Origin: Krischvirus LF73P4 | DNA: 64,000 bases | Reading direction: 5' to 3' (one strand) | Sequence record: OZ035795.1 | Part shown: piece by piece, positions 12,293 through 21,092 of the stretch | Layout: each line of letters begins with the position of its first letter | Numbering within the stretch: the stretch's first letter is position 1 | Program-made: the position numbers and the translations under genes | The notes under the pieces: model-generated | Databases searched by the model: none | What the model was told of the DNA's origin: nothing | The model's input: only the letters and a program-made list of their open reading frames with translations

Positions 12293-12880
12293 CTAAATAT
12301 CTAACCAAGACAAGTCAGATCCGCCCAAGATTTTTTCGACGGCGGATCTATTTTCTTGATGATATAAGTTAAAACATGGTATCCCATGTCTACGGGCAAC
12401 ATAAACAGCAATTCTAGTTCCTCCAGAAACAATCCCATTAACTTCTTTCGCCCAAAATAACACACAATCTACAGGATCATCAAGTGTCTCACCTAAGACT
12501 TGAGCAACATTTCTAGAAAACAGATTTTGCATGTATAACGGTATAGAACGAGGATTATCATAAACGTGTTCTAATTCATCCATCGCCAGATTTTTTTGTT
12601 CTAAGGTTTGCCATGCAATCACATCATGACCGTTATGCTTGTGGTCATAAAACTTCCAATTTGGAATGAAAATTTTTCTATAATCTGGATCGTAATACTT
12701 CATGAAAGCATTGTCCATACCGTAAGCCCCTCCAGAATGCGCTACAACGCGATTTTCTGACAATACCCTCCCAATGGTACTAGCCATTATCAAAATGTCG
12801 CTAGGCGCTTTTCTAGAGCCGATTAAAGCACATCTACGAAGTGGTTTTACTCCAAATAGATCTTGTAACTGGTCAAACAT
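12293..12880 (-). CDS. SLOG-superfamily (DprA/Smf-LOG-like) Rossmann-fold protein
   Basis: Motifs GSRKAP..SGGAYGMD and VSGGTRIA resemble DprA/LOG glycine-rich loops; GGAGG RBS; occupies the T4 rnlB position. Confidence 0.55.
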   Translation of the reverse strand: MFDQLQDLFGVKPLRRCALIGSRKAPSDILIMASTIGRVLSENRVVAHSGGAYGMDNAFMKYYDPDYRKIFIPNWKFYDHKHNGHDVIAWQTLEQKNLAMDELEHVYDNPRSIPLYMQNLFSRNVAQVLGETLDDPVDCVLFWAKEVNGIVSGGTRIAVYVARRHGIPCFNLYHQENRSAVEKILGGSDLSWLDI

Positions 12881-12905
12881 AATATTTCCTCCATAGAAAG
12901 CAATA

Positions 12906-12934
12906 TCATACTACAAGTTAATAACAAATACAAG
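12906..12934 (-). promoter_or_regulatory. sigma70-like early promoter
   Basis: Minus strand TTGTAT-17-TATGAT upstream of the SLOG gene. Confidence 0.4.
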
Positions 12935-13000
12935 TATCCGCGTAGCGGAAGCGAGCACAGCGAGCAATAAAACACTTCCAGTAATTGATTAATAAATGTT

Positions 13001-13060
13001 CGAAACAAATTTTTATTATTCTATAAGATAAGTCTTCGTTTTGATCATAATTTCATCATA
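13001..13060. repeat. intergenic repeat, copy A
   Basis: cgaaacaaatttttattattctataagat..tcttcgttttgatcat; imperfect copy of B and C. Confidence 0.6.
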
Positions 13061-13156
13061 CATGTAAAAACTACACAAAAGGATATCGCTTCGCGAACTC
13101 CTACGGAGTATAACATTTGTGTTACAATATGTAGTGATTAATAATTAACCAAAGAT

Positions 13157-13225
13157 ACATTTTCTATGTTCTAAAGATCTTTCTTCGTTTTGGTCATAAT
13201 TTAATCAAACAGTATTAATATTGTG
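13157..13225. repeat. intergenic repeat, copy B
   Basis: ttctaaagatctttcttcgttttggtcataattt; core palindrome AAAGATCTTT. Confidence 0.6.
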
Positions 13226-13259
13226 CACATGTAAACTAAAATTATGTTAATAACAGATA

Positions 13260-13286
13260 CAAAAAAGCCGCCCACAAGGACGGCTA
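13260..13286 (-). terminator. rho-independent terminator (minus strand)
   Basis: AGCCGCC/GGACGGCT stem with flanking A-run on plus (T-run on minus). Confidence 0.5.
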
Positions 13287-13293
13287 ATGTTAA

Positions 13294-13731
13294 TTATTTG
13301 TTGATAACGATCTGATTTCGGCGAATGGTAACATTACTCTTAGAGATGATCAGATCATCCGGCACTACGTTAGTTTTGTATGGTTGGAATCGAACAAGCA
13401 TCTGATTGCGTTTAGACCCTTCCTTAATCTTGATTTCCATCTGGATATTGTTGCCTACGTGAGCAACCGCAATTTCACCTTTATTCTCATAGACCCACTT
13501 GCTGGTAACGTCTCCAGCAAAAGCCTTAATAACTTGCAATGCTTCGTCGTATGCGGTAGAGCTGTGAACTTTCAGAAGTCCAGCCGTAGCAAGACGGGAG
13601 CAGGTGATCGCCGGAGATTGCCAAACATCAACATTAATTTGCTCAATCAGAGTAACACCGCCCTGGTCAACTGCTTTGAATGCTTCGAACATTGCCTTTT
13701 TCATTGCTACGTGGTTTTTACGGAATTTCAT
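13294..13731 (-). CDS. hypothetical protein
   Basis: 145-aa ORF with GAGGTGA RBS and downstream terminator. Confidence 0.5.
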   Translation of the reverse strand: MKFRKNHVAMKKAMFEAFKAVDQGGVTLIEQINVDVWQSPAITCSRLATAGLLKVHSSTAYDEALQVIKAFAGDVTSKWVYENKGEIAVAHVGNNIQMEIKIKEGSKRNQMLVRFQPYKTNVVPDDLIISKSNVTIRRNQIVINK

Positions 13732-13777
13732 AATTAGTCACCTCTATTGATTAGTTATTCAGAATATTAATTACAAA

Positions 13778-14053
13778 TCAGGACATTGCCCGTTTGAATG
13801 CGTCCATTATAACAGTGTTATTTGGCATGTCAACACGTTTTTGAACTTTATTTTTAATTTTTTTGTTGATGTGGTGTTTACGATAAACAACCTTTTCACG
13901 GCTGGCGTAAGCCTCTCGTGCATCTTTTACCATCAACCATGCCTTAGCCGCATCTTGTCCGCTGATCCCGCCAATCTTTTTAGCAATATCAACAAAATTA
14001 AGACCGTGGTCTTCGCGTAGCATGTAAACCATTAACGCTGTTTTCTTGTCCAT
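13778..14053 (-). CDS. hypothetical protein, possible helix-turn-helix
   Basis: ORF trimmed to internal ATG that overlaps the upstream stop (ATGA); segment LNFVDIAKKIGGISGQDAAKAW looks HTH-like. Confidence 0.4.
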   Translation of the reverse strand: MDKKTALMVYMLREDHGLNFVDIAKKIGGISGQDAAKAWLMVKDAREAYASREKVVYRKHHINKKIKNKVQKRVDMPNNTVIMDAFKRAMS

Positions 14054-14250
14054 CACTTCGCCCCATTGACGATTAACAGGATAGTGATCAGTACCGGAAA
14101 CTGGATCATGACAGTACCAAAAAACCGGATAAACGCATTTTCCGACTTCCACACATGACATGCGACTAGCTGATAGACCATTGTTGCAACCAAAGCCAGA
14201 AAATACATCTCGATTGGTGTTTCGTTGATCAATCGTACAATCTCATTCAT
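14053..14250 (-). CDS. small membrane protein
   Basis: 65 aa, hydrophobic; GAGGTGA RBS; sigma70-like promoter upstream. Confidence 0.4.
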   Translation of the reverse strand: MNEIVRLINETPIEMYFLALVATMVYQLVACHVWKSENAFIRFFGTVMIQFPVLITILLIVNGAK

Positions 14251-14364
14251 ACTTCACCTCATACATTCATAAACACAACAACGAATAATACAGTAACAGT
14301 TATTAAAGCCATTTTCAACCCCATATTCATAATATTTTCTTCGCCTCACTATGACAGTAGCATG

Positions 14365-14404
14365 TCGATGCGTGCCATTATAGGCATCTAAATCGCTCTG
14401 TCAA
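14365..14404 (-). promoter_or_regulatory. sigma70-like early promoter
   Basis: Minus strand TTGACA-16-TATAAT just after the hoc terminator. Confidence 0.5.
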
Positions 14405-14409
14405 GCACT

Positions 14410-14441
14410 AAAAACAAAAAAGCCACCCCGAAGGATGGCTG
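14410..14441 (-). terminator. rho-independent terminator after hoc
   Basis: AGCCACC-loop-GGATGGCT stem with A-run on plus. Confidence 0.55.
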
Positions 14442-14451
14442 ATAGATTTCA

Positions 14452-15666
14452 TTAAGCAGGATGCGTTTCACGAATGCGTAGAACTCGCTCTAACGTATCT
14501 CGGTCCAGTTTATGTAACTCTTTGGAATGATACATGAAACCATTGCGAGATTCCATGCAAGTGCAATCACTATATTTTTCTTCCGCTGCCGCGATTGTCT
14601 CCAGATCTTTGGCGTACTTGCTGGTAGAATAAACTTCTCGGTCACGCCACTCTAACCCAGCCTCATTGAATTTAACAATCTCGTCAAATACCCACCATCC
14701 AATGTAGATAAATGAAGTTTTGCGCCACGGGATCGGGTGTACGTAACGAAACATTTTAACAACTTCCATTGAACATTTTCTACTTGTACTTGTTGCAACT
14801 TCTACTGTTTCATCTTCGATCTGTTGATATAGTTTAGCAACACACCAGAATTTGGCTGTGTCATCGTAAGTAGCACTCTCTTTGAACAGATGACCGTCTG
14901 GAGTGATAGAAAATCCTTCCAGTGCTTCGCCGTCCTCACTACCGATTAGAGTCGGTGACAGTTGCCCTTCGCGCTGCAAATACCAGTTATGTTTGATCGT
15001 CAATTCAGGCATACCGCTAGAATCGCCTACAATGTCCTCTGACACGACATAATTAAGTAAGATCTCATTACCTAGTGCCACGGTCTTTGATTCCACTACA
15101 TCCTGATCTACGTTCATTGTTGCCAGCATGATTTTAGTCGATGCGCTATCGGCTGAATCTTCCGACTCACCCCACACTTTTACAGTATACACGCCGTTTT
15201 TATCTGCTGTAAATTTTTGGATCGTAATATCCTGTGTTGTGTCTATAACGTCTTCGCCCTTACTCCAACTATAATGTAGTTCATAGTTGTCTGCTGGAGT
15301 CTTCCCACCAGAAAATTTTACTGTTGCATGTAATTCTACGTCTGTTTGTGATGATACGTAGAAATGCTGCGGTTCGGTGATATTTACGATTAATTCAGCT
15401 TCTTCCATGAGGAAAACTTCAGATTCTACTGATTCCATCGTATCGGTATCCTGTACCGTTACTTTATAGCTACCCGCATTTTCACTTGTTGCACCTACTA
15501 CAGATAGCGTAGCTGTGCTATTTTCATGTGGTTGGTCGTCTTTTGTCCATGTATATGTCAAATTGCTGGGTAATGGTTCGTCACCCGATACAGTCGCCGT
15601 TAAGGTGAAACCATCGCCAGCAAGAAAACATCTTTTGTCAGATTTAATTGATACTGTGAAAGCCAT
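14452..15666 (-). CDS. hoc: Hoc outer capsid decoration protein
   Basis: 404 aa; Ig-like N-terminal repeats; C-terminus YVHPIPW..IGWWVFDEI matches recalled T4 Hoc capsid-binding region. Confidence 0.88.
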   Translation of the reverse strand: MAFTVSIKSDKRCFLAGDGFTLTATVSGDEPLPSNLTYTWTKDDQPHENSTATLSVVGATSENAGSYKVTVQDTDTMESVESEVFLMEEAELIVNITEPQHFYVSSQTDVELHATVKFSGGKTPADNYELHYSWSKGEDVIDTTQDITIQKFTADKNGVYTVKVWGESEDSADSASTKIMLATMNVDQDVVESKTVALGNEILLNYVVSEDIVGDSSGMPELTIKHNWYLQREGQLSPTLIGSEDGEALEGFSITPDGHLFKESATYDDTAKFWCVAKLYQQIEDETVEVATSTSRKCSMEVVKMFRYVHPIPWRKTSFIYIGWWVFDEIVKFNEAGLEWRDREVYSTSKYAKDLETIAAAEEKYSDCTCMESRNGFMYHSKELHKLDRDTLERVLRIRETHPA

Positions 15667-15835
15667 ATAAAGCCACTCCCATAGAAAATCCGAATTTAAT
15701 TAATTGAAATAGTTGATTGCCATCAACCAGATAACCATTGCGAGATTCCAATACATGAGTATTAGAATAGTGATGCAACGAGGCCGAAATAGTATCGATC
15801 TCGTCTGGGTATTTGTTCTGTTTGATGTAATACAT
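15644..15835 (-). pseudogene. ORF carrying a Hoc C-terminal-like fragment, possible duplication remnant
   Basis: Contains ESRNGY, as in Hoc ESRNGF; no RBS in this frame; GAGGA RBS serves a different, 29-codon frame. Confidence 0.25.
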
Positions 15836-15931
15836 TGATTTTGTTAGACATGTAGTATCCTCTTTTTAATTGCATAACGGAACTACAATTAAAATTATAA
15901 CAAATATTTCACAACTTTTATCACCCAAAAA

Positions 15932-16657
15932 TTACTTGAGTATGTGGAATTGGCTATGTTTAGTCTCTCGCACCTTGACAGACCCATCGCGTTTGATATA
16001 ATAGATCAGTGACTTGAGGGTGTCGTGTACATACGCGTGCGGGAAACGCTCTGGATACTTCTTCCAATCTGGAGTATTAACGATCCAGTCGAAAATCCAC
16101 CACGGGCAGGAGTAGTAACCACGACCGCCACCGATCAAGCAAATGGTCGGACGGAAGCCAGTAAGATCGCAAAATGAATCAGTGTCATGTGCTGGGGAAC
16201 GATGCTCTGCTTCGTTAGAGAAAATGTTGGCTACCGGAGATTCCACTTTAACTTCCAGTGCTTCTTCAACATCTGACTTAACTTCTTCGACCACTGGTTC
16301 AACTGCTGGAGATTCTTCTTTTGTTTCTTCAATGACGATCTCAGGTTCTTTCATTGCTTCAACCAGAGACGGATCAACTTCGTCGAATACCACTTTATCA
16401 TCTGCGGTGTCTGCTGCCAGAATAAGATCGTTAATACTGGTTCCTTCTGCCGGAGTTTCTTCTTCCATTTCGGAAGCCAGTTTAGTTAATTCGGTTTCTA
16501 CGAACTCGATCATGTTCTCTAACGAGAGCGTCTTTTTGACCTTAATATCAAATTGTTTTGCGTAGTCCGCTAATTCTGTTTTAGCGGCTTTCTGTGCTTC
16601 TTTGTCGTCGGACTCCGCAATAGCGCGGAGTTCTCCGAAATATTCTTTATCAAACAT
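15932..16657 (-). CDS. Hoc-paralogous protein: acidic N-terminus plus Hoc-like C-terminal domain
   Basis: C-terminal PWWIFDWIV and DTL..VRETKH align with Hoc GWWVFDEIV and DTLERV..IRETH; sits where T4 has inh. Confidence 0.55.
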   Translation of the reverse strand: MFDKEYFGELRAIAESDDKEAQKAAKTELADYAKQFDIKVKKTLSLENMIEFVETELTKLASEMEEETPAEGTSINDLILAADTADDKVVFDEVDPSLVEAMKEPEIVIEETKEESPAVEPVVEEVKSDVEEALEVKVESPVANIFSNEAEHRSPAHDTDSFCDLTGFRPTICLIGGGRGYYSCPWWIFDWIVNTPDWKKYPERFPHAYVHDTLKSLIYYIKRDGSVKVRETKHSQFHILK

Positions 16658-16683
16658 GTTATTCTCCTGATTGGGGGTGTTTG

Positions 16684-16691
16684 TATAAATA
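16684..16691 (+). promoter_or_regulatory. T4-type late promoter TATAAATA
   Basis: Exact match upstream of uvsW. Confidence 0.5.
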
Positions 16692-16727
16692 TTTGTATAC
16701 TGTATTTATTGAGTGAGGCTATTCGCT

Positions 16728-18230
16728 ATGCAAGATATTAAAATTCACTTTCTGAACTATTCCCATGTTCAAATTGAATGTAGCGATTCAATTTTATTAG
16801 AAATGCGAGATTATTTTAGTTTTGAAGTCGAGGGAGCGCGGTTTCAAAAAAGATTTAAGTATGGTGGATGGGATGGGCGTATTCGTCTTTTAGACTACAA
16901 CGGAAAGTTGCCTATCGGCCTAACTAAAACCGTGGGAATCTTCGCTAAAAATATGGGCTATAGCGTATGGGTAGATCCTCGCTTATTCGAAAAAGAACAA
17001 GTTACAGAAGAAGAAATTACAAAATGGTGTAATGACTTAGAATTATATTCCGGTGCTAACAGGATCACCCCGCACTGGTATCAATCAAAGGCTGTCTTTG
17101 AAGGTATCCATCATAAACGCCGTATGTTAGTTTTGCCTACGTCCGCTGGTAAATCTGCGATTGCTTGTATGTTGTCTCGCTGGTACTTAGAGAACTACGA
17201 AGGGAAAGTGCTGATCATCGTTCCTACCACGTCGCTAGTGCTGCAAATGCGTGATGACTTTGTTGATTATCGCCAGTTTCCTTATGAAGCAATTCATACT
17301 ATCATGAGCGGTACTAGTAAACACGTAGGTGATCGCCTGATCGTTGTTAGTACGTGGCAATCAGCATGTAAACAGCCTCGTGAGTGGTTCCAACAATTCG
17401 GGATGGTTATTGTTGACGAATGTCACAAAGCTACTGCTAAAAACCTGCTAAACATCGTTACTGATATGGATCATTGCCAATTTAAGATCGGTATGACTGG
17501 TTCCCCTCGTGACGGGAAAGCTAACATGATGCAGTATGTCGGGCTTTTCGGTGATATTTCTAAGATCGTGAGTATTGACCGCCTGATGGAAGAAGGGCAG
17601 GTGACAAAACTGAAAATTAACTGTCTTTTCCTTCGTTATACCGATGAGGAATGTAGCGCGGTTAAGGGTAGAGAATATGCGGAAGAGATCAAGTATATTA
17701 CGTCTAACCCACGACGAAATAAGTTTGCTTGTAATTTGGCGCTAAAACTCGCTAAGAAGGGCGAAAACGTATTCCTTATGTTCCGCAATACTAAGCACGG
17801 AAAACTTATGTATGACGCGTTACAGAAGGTACACGACAAGGTTTATTATATTGACGGTGGAGTTAAGACAGAAGAACGTGATGAATTTAAGAAAATGGCG
17901 GAGGGTGACACAGGGGTCATTTGTGTTGCGTCTTATGGTGTGTTCTCTACTGGTGTTTCAATTAAGAATTTGCATCATGTTATTTTCGGTCATCCAGTGA
18001 AGGAATCAACTATCGTTCGTCAGAGTATCGGTCGTGCATTGCGTAAACATGGTTCGAAAGACATTGCAACTGTCTGGGATCTTATCGATCATTTGGCGGT
18101 TAAGACAAAGAGCAAGAATGCTAAGAAACAGTTTAGCCACCTTAATTATGCTCTTAAACACGCGCTTTTGAGGATACAGCTTTACAATACCGATAAATTT
18201 GAGTATGTCACGAAAACAATCGAGATTTAA
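16728..18230 (+). CDS. uvsW: UvsW DNA/RNA helicase
   Basis: Collinear with recalled T4 UvsW (DIKIHF.., GWDGRIRLLD, VLPTSAGKS, VDECH); start set at ATG after GAGG rather than the upstream GTG. Confidence 0.93.
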   Translation: MQDIKIHFLNYSHVQIECSDSILLEMRDYFSFEVEGARFQKRFKYGGWDGRIRLLDYNGKLPIGLTKTVGIFAKNMGYSVWVDPRLFEKEQVTEEEITKWCNDLELYSGANRITPHWYQSKAVFEGIHHKRRMLVLPTSAGKSAIACMLSRWYLENYEGKVLIIVPTTSLVLQMRDDFVDYRQFPYEAIHTIMSGTSKHVGDRLIVVSTWQSACKQPREWFQQFGMVIVDECHKATAKNLLNIVTDMDHCQFKIGMTGSPRDGKANMMQYVGLFGDISKIVSIDRLMEEGQVTKLKINCLFLRYTDEECSAVKGREYAEEIKYITSNPRRNKFACNLALKLAKKGENVFLMFRNTKHGKLMYDALQKVHDKVYYIDGGVKTEERDEFKKMAEGDTGVICVASYGVFSTGVSIKNLHHVIFGHPVKESTIVRQSIGRALRKHGSKDIATVWDLIDHLAVKTKSKNAKKQFSHLNYALKHALLRIQLYNTDKFEYVTKTIEI

Positions 18231-18235
18231 TAAAT

Positions 18236-18259
18236 AGGGGCTTTAATGCCCCTTTATTC
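18236..18259 (+). terminator. possible terminator after uvsW
   Basis: AGGGGC-tttaat-GCCCCT then TTTATT. Confidence 0.45.
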
Positions 18260-18273
18260 TACGGAGATTAAAA

Positions 18274-18510
18274 ATGATTAGCTTTAAACGTTTTTTGGTT
18301 GAGGCCGCTATTGACGGTTTCATGCGTAAGATTTATTCTTGTAATACTATCGAGGGATTAAATGAACTTGAGGCATATTATGAGAAGCGCAAGAAAGAAA
18401 CAGAATTGAAACCTGCTGATGATATTTCGATCCGTGATGCCATCGCTGGACGCCGTAAGCAATTGGAAGCGGACAACGAGCCAGAAGAGGAGCCGGAAGA
18501 GGATTTTTAA
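18274..18510 (+). CDS. uvsW.1: UvsW.1-like small protein
   Basis: 78 aa directly after uvsW, as in T4. Confidence 0.65.
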   Translation: MISFKRFLVEAAIDGFMRKIYSCNTIEGLNELEAYYEKRKKETELKPADDISIRDAIAGRRKQLEADNEPEEEPEEDF

Positions 18511-18545
18511 GATATAAAAAAGCCCCATCAATGATGGGGCAAAAT
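18511..18545 (-). terminator. terminator between uvsW.1 and the uvsY operon
   Basis: GCCCCATCA/TGATGGGGC stem flanked by A-runs. Confidence 0.55.
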
Positions 18546-18573
18546 AAACCAATTAAAATCGGTTATCAACAAA

Positions 18574-18750
18574 TTACATTAACAGCATTGTTTGCTCTAC
18601 GAGTTGTTCTTGTTCTTCGCCGTTCGCATCTTCACTAATCGAACGTTCTGTTACTAGCTGTAAGCAGTAGCCAGTGTGAACAACGCCGTTTTCTGTCTGG
18701 ACTGCTAACGCATCCTCGACAGGTTGTTTACAACAAATACAGATTTTCAT
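18574..18750 (-). CDS. small Cys-containing protein, uvsY-upstream
   Basis: 58-codon ORF (MKICICCKQP..) found by manual translation; not in the supplied track. Confidence 0.35.
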   Translation of the reverse strand: MKICICCKQPVEDALAVQTENGVVHTGYCLQLVTERSISEDANGEEQEQLVEQTMLLM

Positions 18751-18771
18751 AAAAATTCCTCCTGCATGTAT

Positions 18772-19179
18772 TTAGCGACCAGATTCCAGCATACGCAATT
18801 CTATAGCATTCTTGATCGCAAATCCACGAGATTTAACGATATCAAGTGCGCGACCAGCAAAATCCATTACCAGATGGTAATATGCAATTTTCGTATCAAG
18901 CGGTAAGATCTCGTCGTCTGCTGCCATGACAACTTTCAATTCTGATTTCTCATATTCAGCGCGACACCAGTCATCACTACGGTTAGTGTAAAAATCAAGA
19001 CGATTTTTCATAGCCTTTTTCTTTTTAGCCTCAAGTGCAATCGTCTCTCTTTTCGCCTCGCTGTAAATCCTTAACCACTTTGAGTATACTACCGGATTAT
19101 TCAGCGCCTCCCATTGCAATTTAGTCGCATCGATCTTCATGTCAGCTTCTAATTGTTCTTTCAAATCGTTTAGGTCCAT
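18772..19179 (-). CDS. uvsY: UvsY recombination mediator
   Basis: 135 aa; KSRGFAIK and overall alignment to recalled T4 UvsY. Confidence 0.9.
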   Translation of the reverse strand: MDLNDLKEQLEADMKIDATKLQWEALNNPVVYSKWLRIYSEAKRETIALEAKKKKAMKNRLDFYTNRSDDWCRAEYEKSELKVVMAADDEILPLDTKIAYYHLVMDFAGRALDIVKSRGFAIKNAIELRMLESGR

Positions 19180-19226
19180 AATATCCCCTTATTCACACTA
19201 AGACCTATATCATATCACATACAAAA

Positions 19227-19625
19227 TCACTTTGCAAGTCTTATGCGTAGTTGTTCAAGATCATCTGGGTTATCTATTACTGAAAAGTAGATTGATACTA
19301 TGATTGAGTTATCGTCGTACTGTGGAGTTACTTCTACTGTCAGGTTTCGGACCCGTGGTTCATAGTTTCGGATCGCCTCATTGATGTTTTTTGATAAGGT
19401 ATCCACTGTCAGTGGGTTCATGTTCTCAAACAGTGATTTATTGAGATCGCATCCAAACAGTGGATCAAATGGACGAGATCCCTTGCGAGTAGTCACGATC
19501 AGTAGAATAGAATCCTTAACCGCTTTAATCCCTATGTTCTTTTTAACGTCGTTATTCCACGATCTGGATATATTGAGATCCAAATCAGTATACATCTGAT
19601 TAATAGTTGCCATGTTATACCTCAA
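19227..19625 (-). CDS. 25: baseplate wedge protein gp25
   Basis: 132 aa; TTRKGSRPFDP.FGCDL and YEPR..FSVIDNPDD match T4 gp25. Confidence 0.92.
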   Translation of the reverse strand: MRYNMATINQMYTDLDLNISRSWNNDVKKNIGIKAVKDSILLIVTTRKGSRPFDPLFGCDLNKSLFENMNPLTVDTLSKNINEAIRNYEPRVRNLTVEVTPQYDDNSIIVSIYFSVIDNPDDLEQLRIRLAK

Positions 19626-20251
19626 AGAATTTTAAGGAAACTGGATAGACCTGATAATGAATATACACCAGATTCCCCGCATTCGCACTTGATCGGTACT
19701 GCCAGCGTGATTTGATTTCTTGTTAGCTCGTCGATCACTTCTTCCACTTTATCCGTGGTAAGCATATCCAGCACGCGGTCAAAGTCCTGTGCGTTCAGGT
19801 CGTCTATATTGAATTGCTGATCGCCGATCACGATATATTCGATACATGCAATTACCATCTGCATAATATCAACATCTTCTGTAAATTTAGGTTGACGAAA
19901 CTTGATTTTTACTTGTCCTAAGTCCAGAATATACGGTTCAACTTCTGGTATCTGTGTGCGTGAAACATCAAGAGAGTATACTTTCTCTTTATTGCATACA
20001 CCACATACCCAAGTAGCATCAATTTTCATCTTATTGAGGCTGTGACACCATAAGAGAAGAAAAATATATTCTGCTTCGCATTTCTCTAGCTCTAATGCAT
20101 TGATCCCCGTACATTCATGTATGATCTCTATAACAACCTCTGACAGCTTGCCAGTCTCTTTTGCTGCTACCAGTTTTTGAAATTCGCCGAAGGTGAAAGC
20201 ACGGGCGTGTATCAACTTTTCGCCTAATTGGATCTTGAAAAAGTATTGCAT
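19622..20251 (-). CDS. 26: baseplate hub protein gp26
   Basis: 209 aa; upstream of and overlapping 25, as in T4. Confidence 0.8.
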   Translation of the reverse strand: MQYFFKIQLGEKLIHARAFTFGEFQKLVAAKETGKLSEVVIEIIHECTGINALELEKCEAEYIFLLLWCHSLNKMKIDATWVCGVCNKEKVYSLDVSRTQIPEVEPYILDLGQVKIKFRQPKFTEDVDIMQMVIACIEYIVIGDQQFNIDDLNAQDFDRVLDMLTTDKVEEVIDELTRNQITLAVPIKCECGESGVYSLSGLSSFLKIL

Positions 20252-20293
20252 AATAAAACACCCTTTATAAACACATAGAATTATTTAGTATTT

Positions 20294-20301
20294 TATAAAT
20301 A
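20294..20301 (+). promoter_or_regulatory. T4-type late promoter TATAAATA
   Basis: Exact match upstream of gene 51. Confidence 0.55.
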
Positions 20302-20321
20302 CCCGAAAGGGGGATTATACC

Positions 20322-21092
20322 ATGAATATTATCCGAATAAAACTACCGGAAGGTGTGCAGAGATTTAAACCATTCACGGTAAAAGATTATAGAGATTTCC
20401 TTCTGGTGTCAACTGAAATTAAGATGAATCCAGAAGAAGAACAAACGATTCTTGATGAGCTATTAGAAGAAATATATCCAGACGTAGATCCGGCATTTCG
20501 TGAATATATTTTCCTGAATGTCTTTACTAGTTCAATTGGTAAAACTAAGATACCGCTTTGTTTTACTTGCCCGACTTGCAACAAAGAAAGAAAAATGTTG
20601 CTTAACTTACAGATTGAAGCACTAAAACCAATCGTTCTAGAGGCCGCAGGGCTTAAAATAAATTTCCGGTATGTTAAACCATCAACCGACTATGCAAAAA
20701 CGTTTCTGGATGCGATAGAGCGTGTATCTGATGGTATTAATGATTATCTATGGACTGAATTACCGGAAGAAGTTAGAGAACAGGTTATCGATTCAATCTC
20801 ATTTGCTGAATTTGAAGAAGTTGTTAAGCAGATGCACACAATCAAGATCGAACAAAAGATATCTTGTTGTGAAAGTCATGACCTGAAATACATAGGTCTT
20901 CTTCCATTATTCAAATTGTTGTTGAATCCAGATGAGTTATTCATCTTTTATCGAATAAACCATCTGTTGGCAAAATCAAATTATTCTATCAGTGATCTTA
21001 TGGATATGTTACCGGTCGAGAGAAACATTGCACTGACACTGGTCGAGAAAGACGTAAAAGAGGCAAATAATGCAAAGAACGGGGTTTCCTAA
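20322..21092 (+). CDS. 51: baseplate hub assembly protein gp51
   Basis: 256 aa; divergent from 26; TATAAATA upstream. Confidence 0.8.
   Translation: MNIIRIKLPEGVQRFKPFTVKDYRDFLLVSTEIKMNPEEEQTILDELLEEIYPDVDPAFREYIFLNVFTSSIGKTKIPLCFTCPTCNKERKMLLNLQIEALKPIVLEAAGLKINFRYVKPSTDYAKTFLDAIERVSDGINDYLWTELPEEVREQVIDSISFAEFEEVVKQMHTIKIEQKISCCESHDLKYIGLLPLFKLLLNPDELFIFYRINHLLAKSNYSISDLMDMLPVERNIALTLVEKDVKEANNAKNGVS

Noticed and set aside
15836-15931. Possible intron or programmed frameshift joining the Hoc-like gene to the downstream fragment
   Set aside because: The gap is only 96 nt and the Hoc-like segments are not collinear across it; a duplication remnant is more likely.
16143-16565. 140-aa Ser/Thr-rich plus-strand ORF
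   Set aside because: Antisense shadow of the acidic region of the Hoc-like gene.
20252-20293. Possible late promoter for genes 26/25 on the minus strand
   Set aside because: The best minus-strand match (TTTATAAAGG) deviates from TATAAATA; not annotated.
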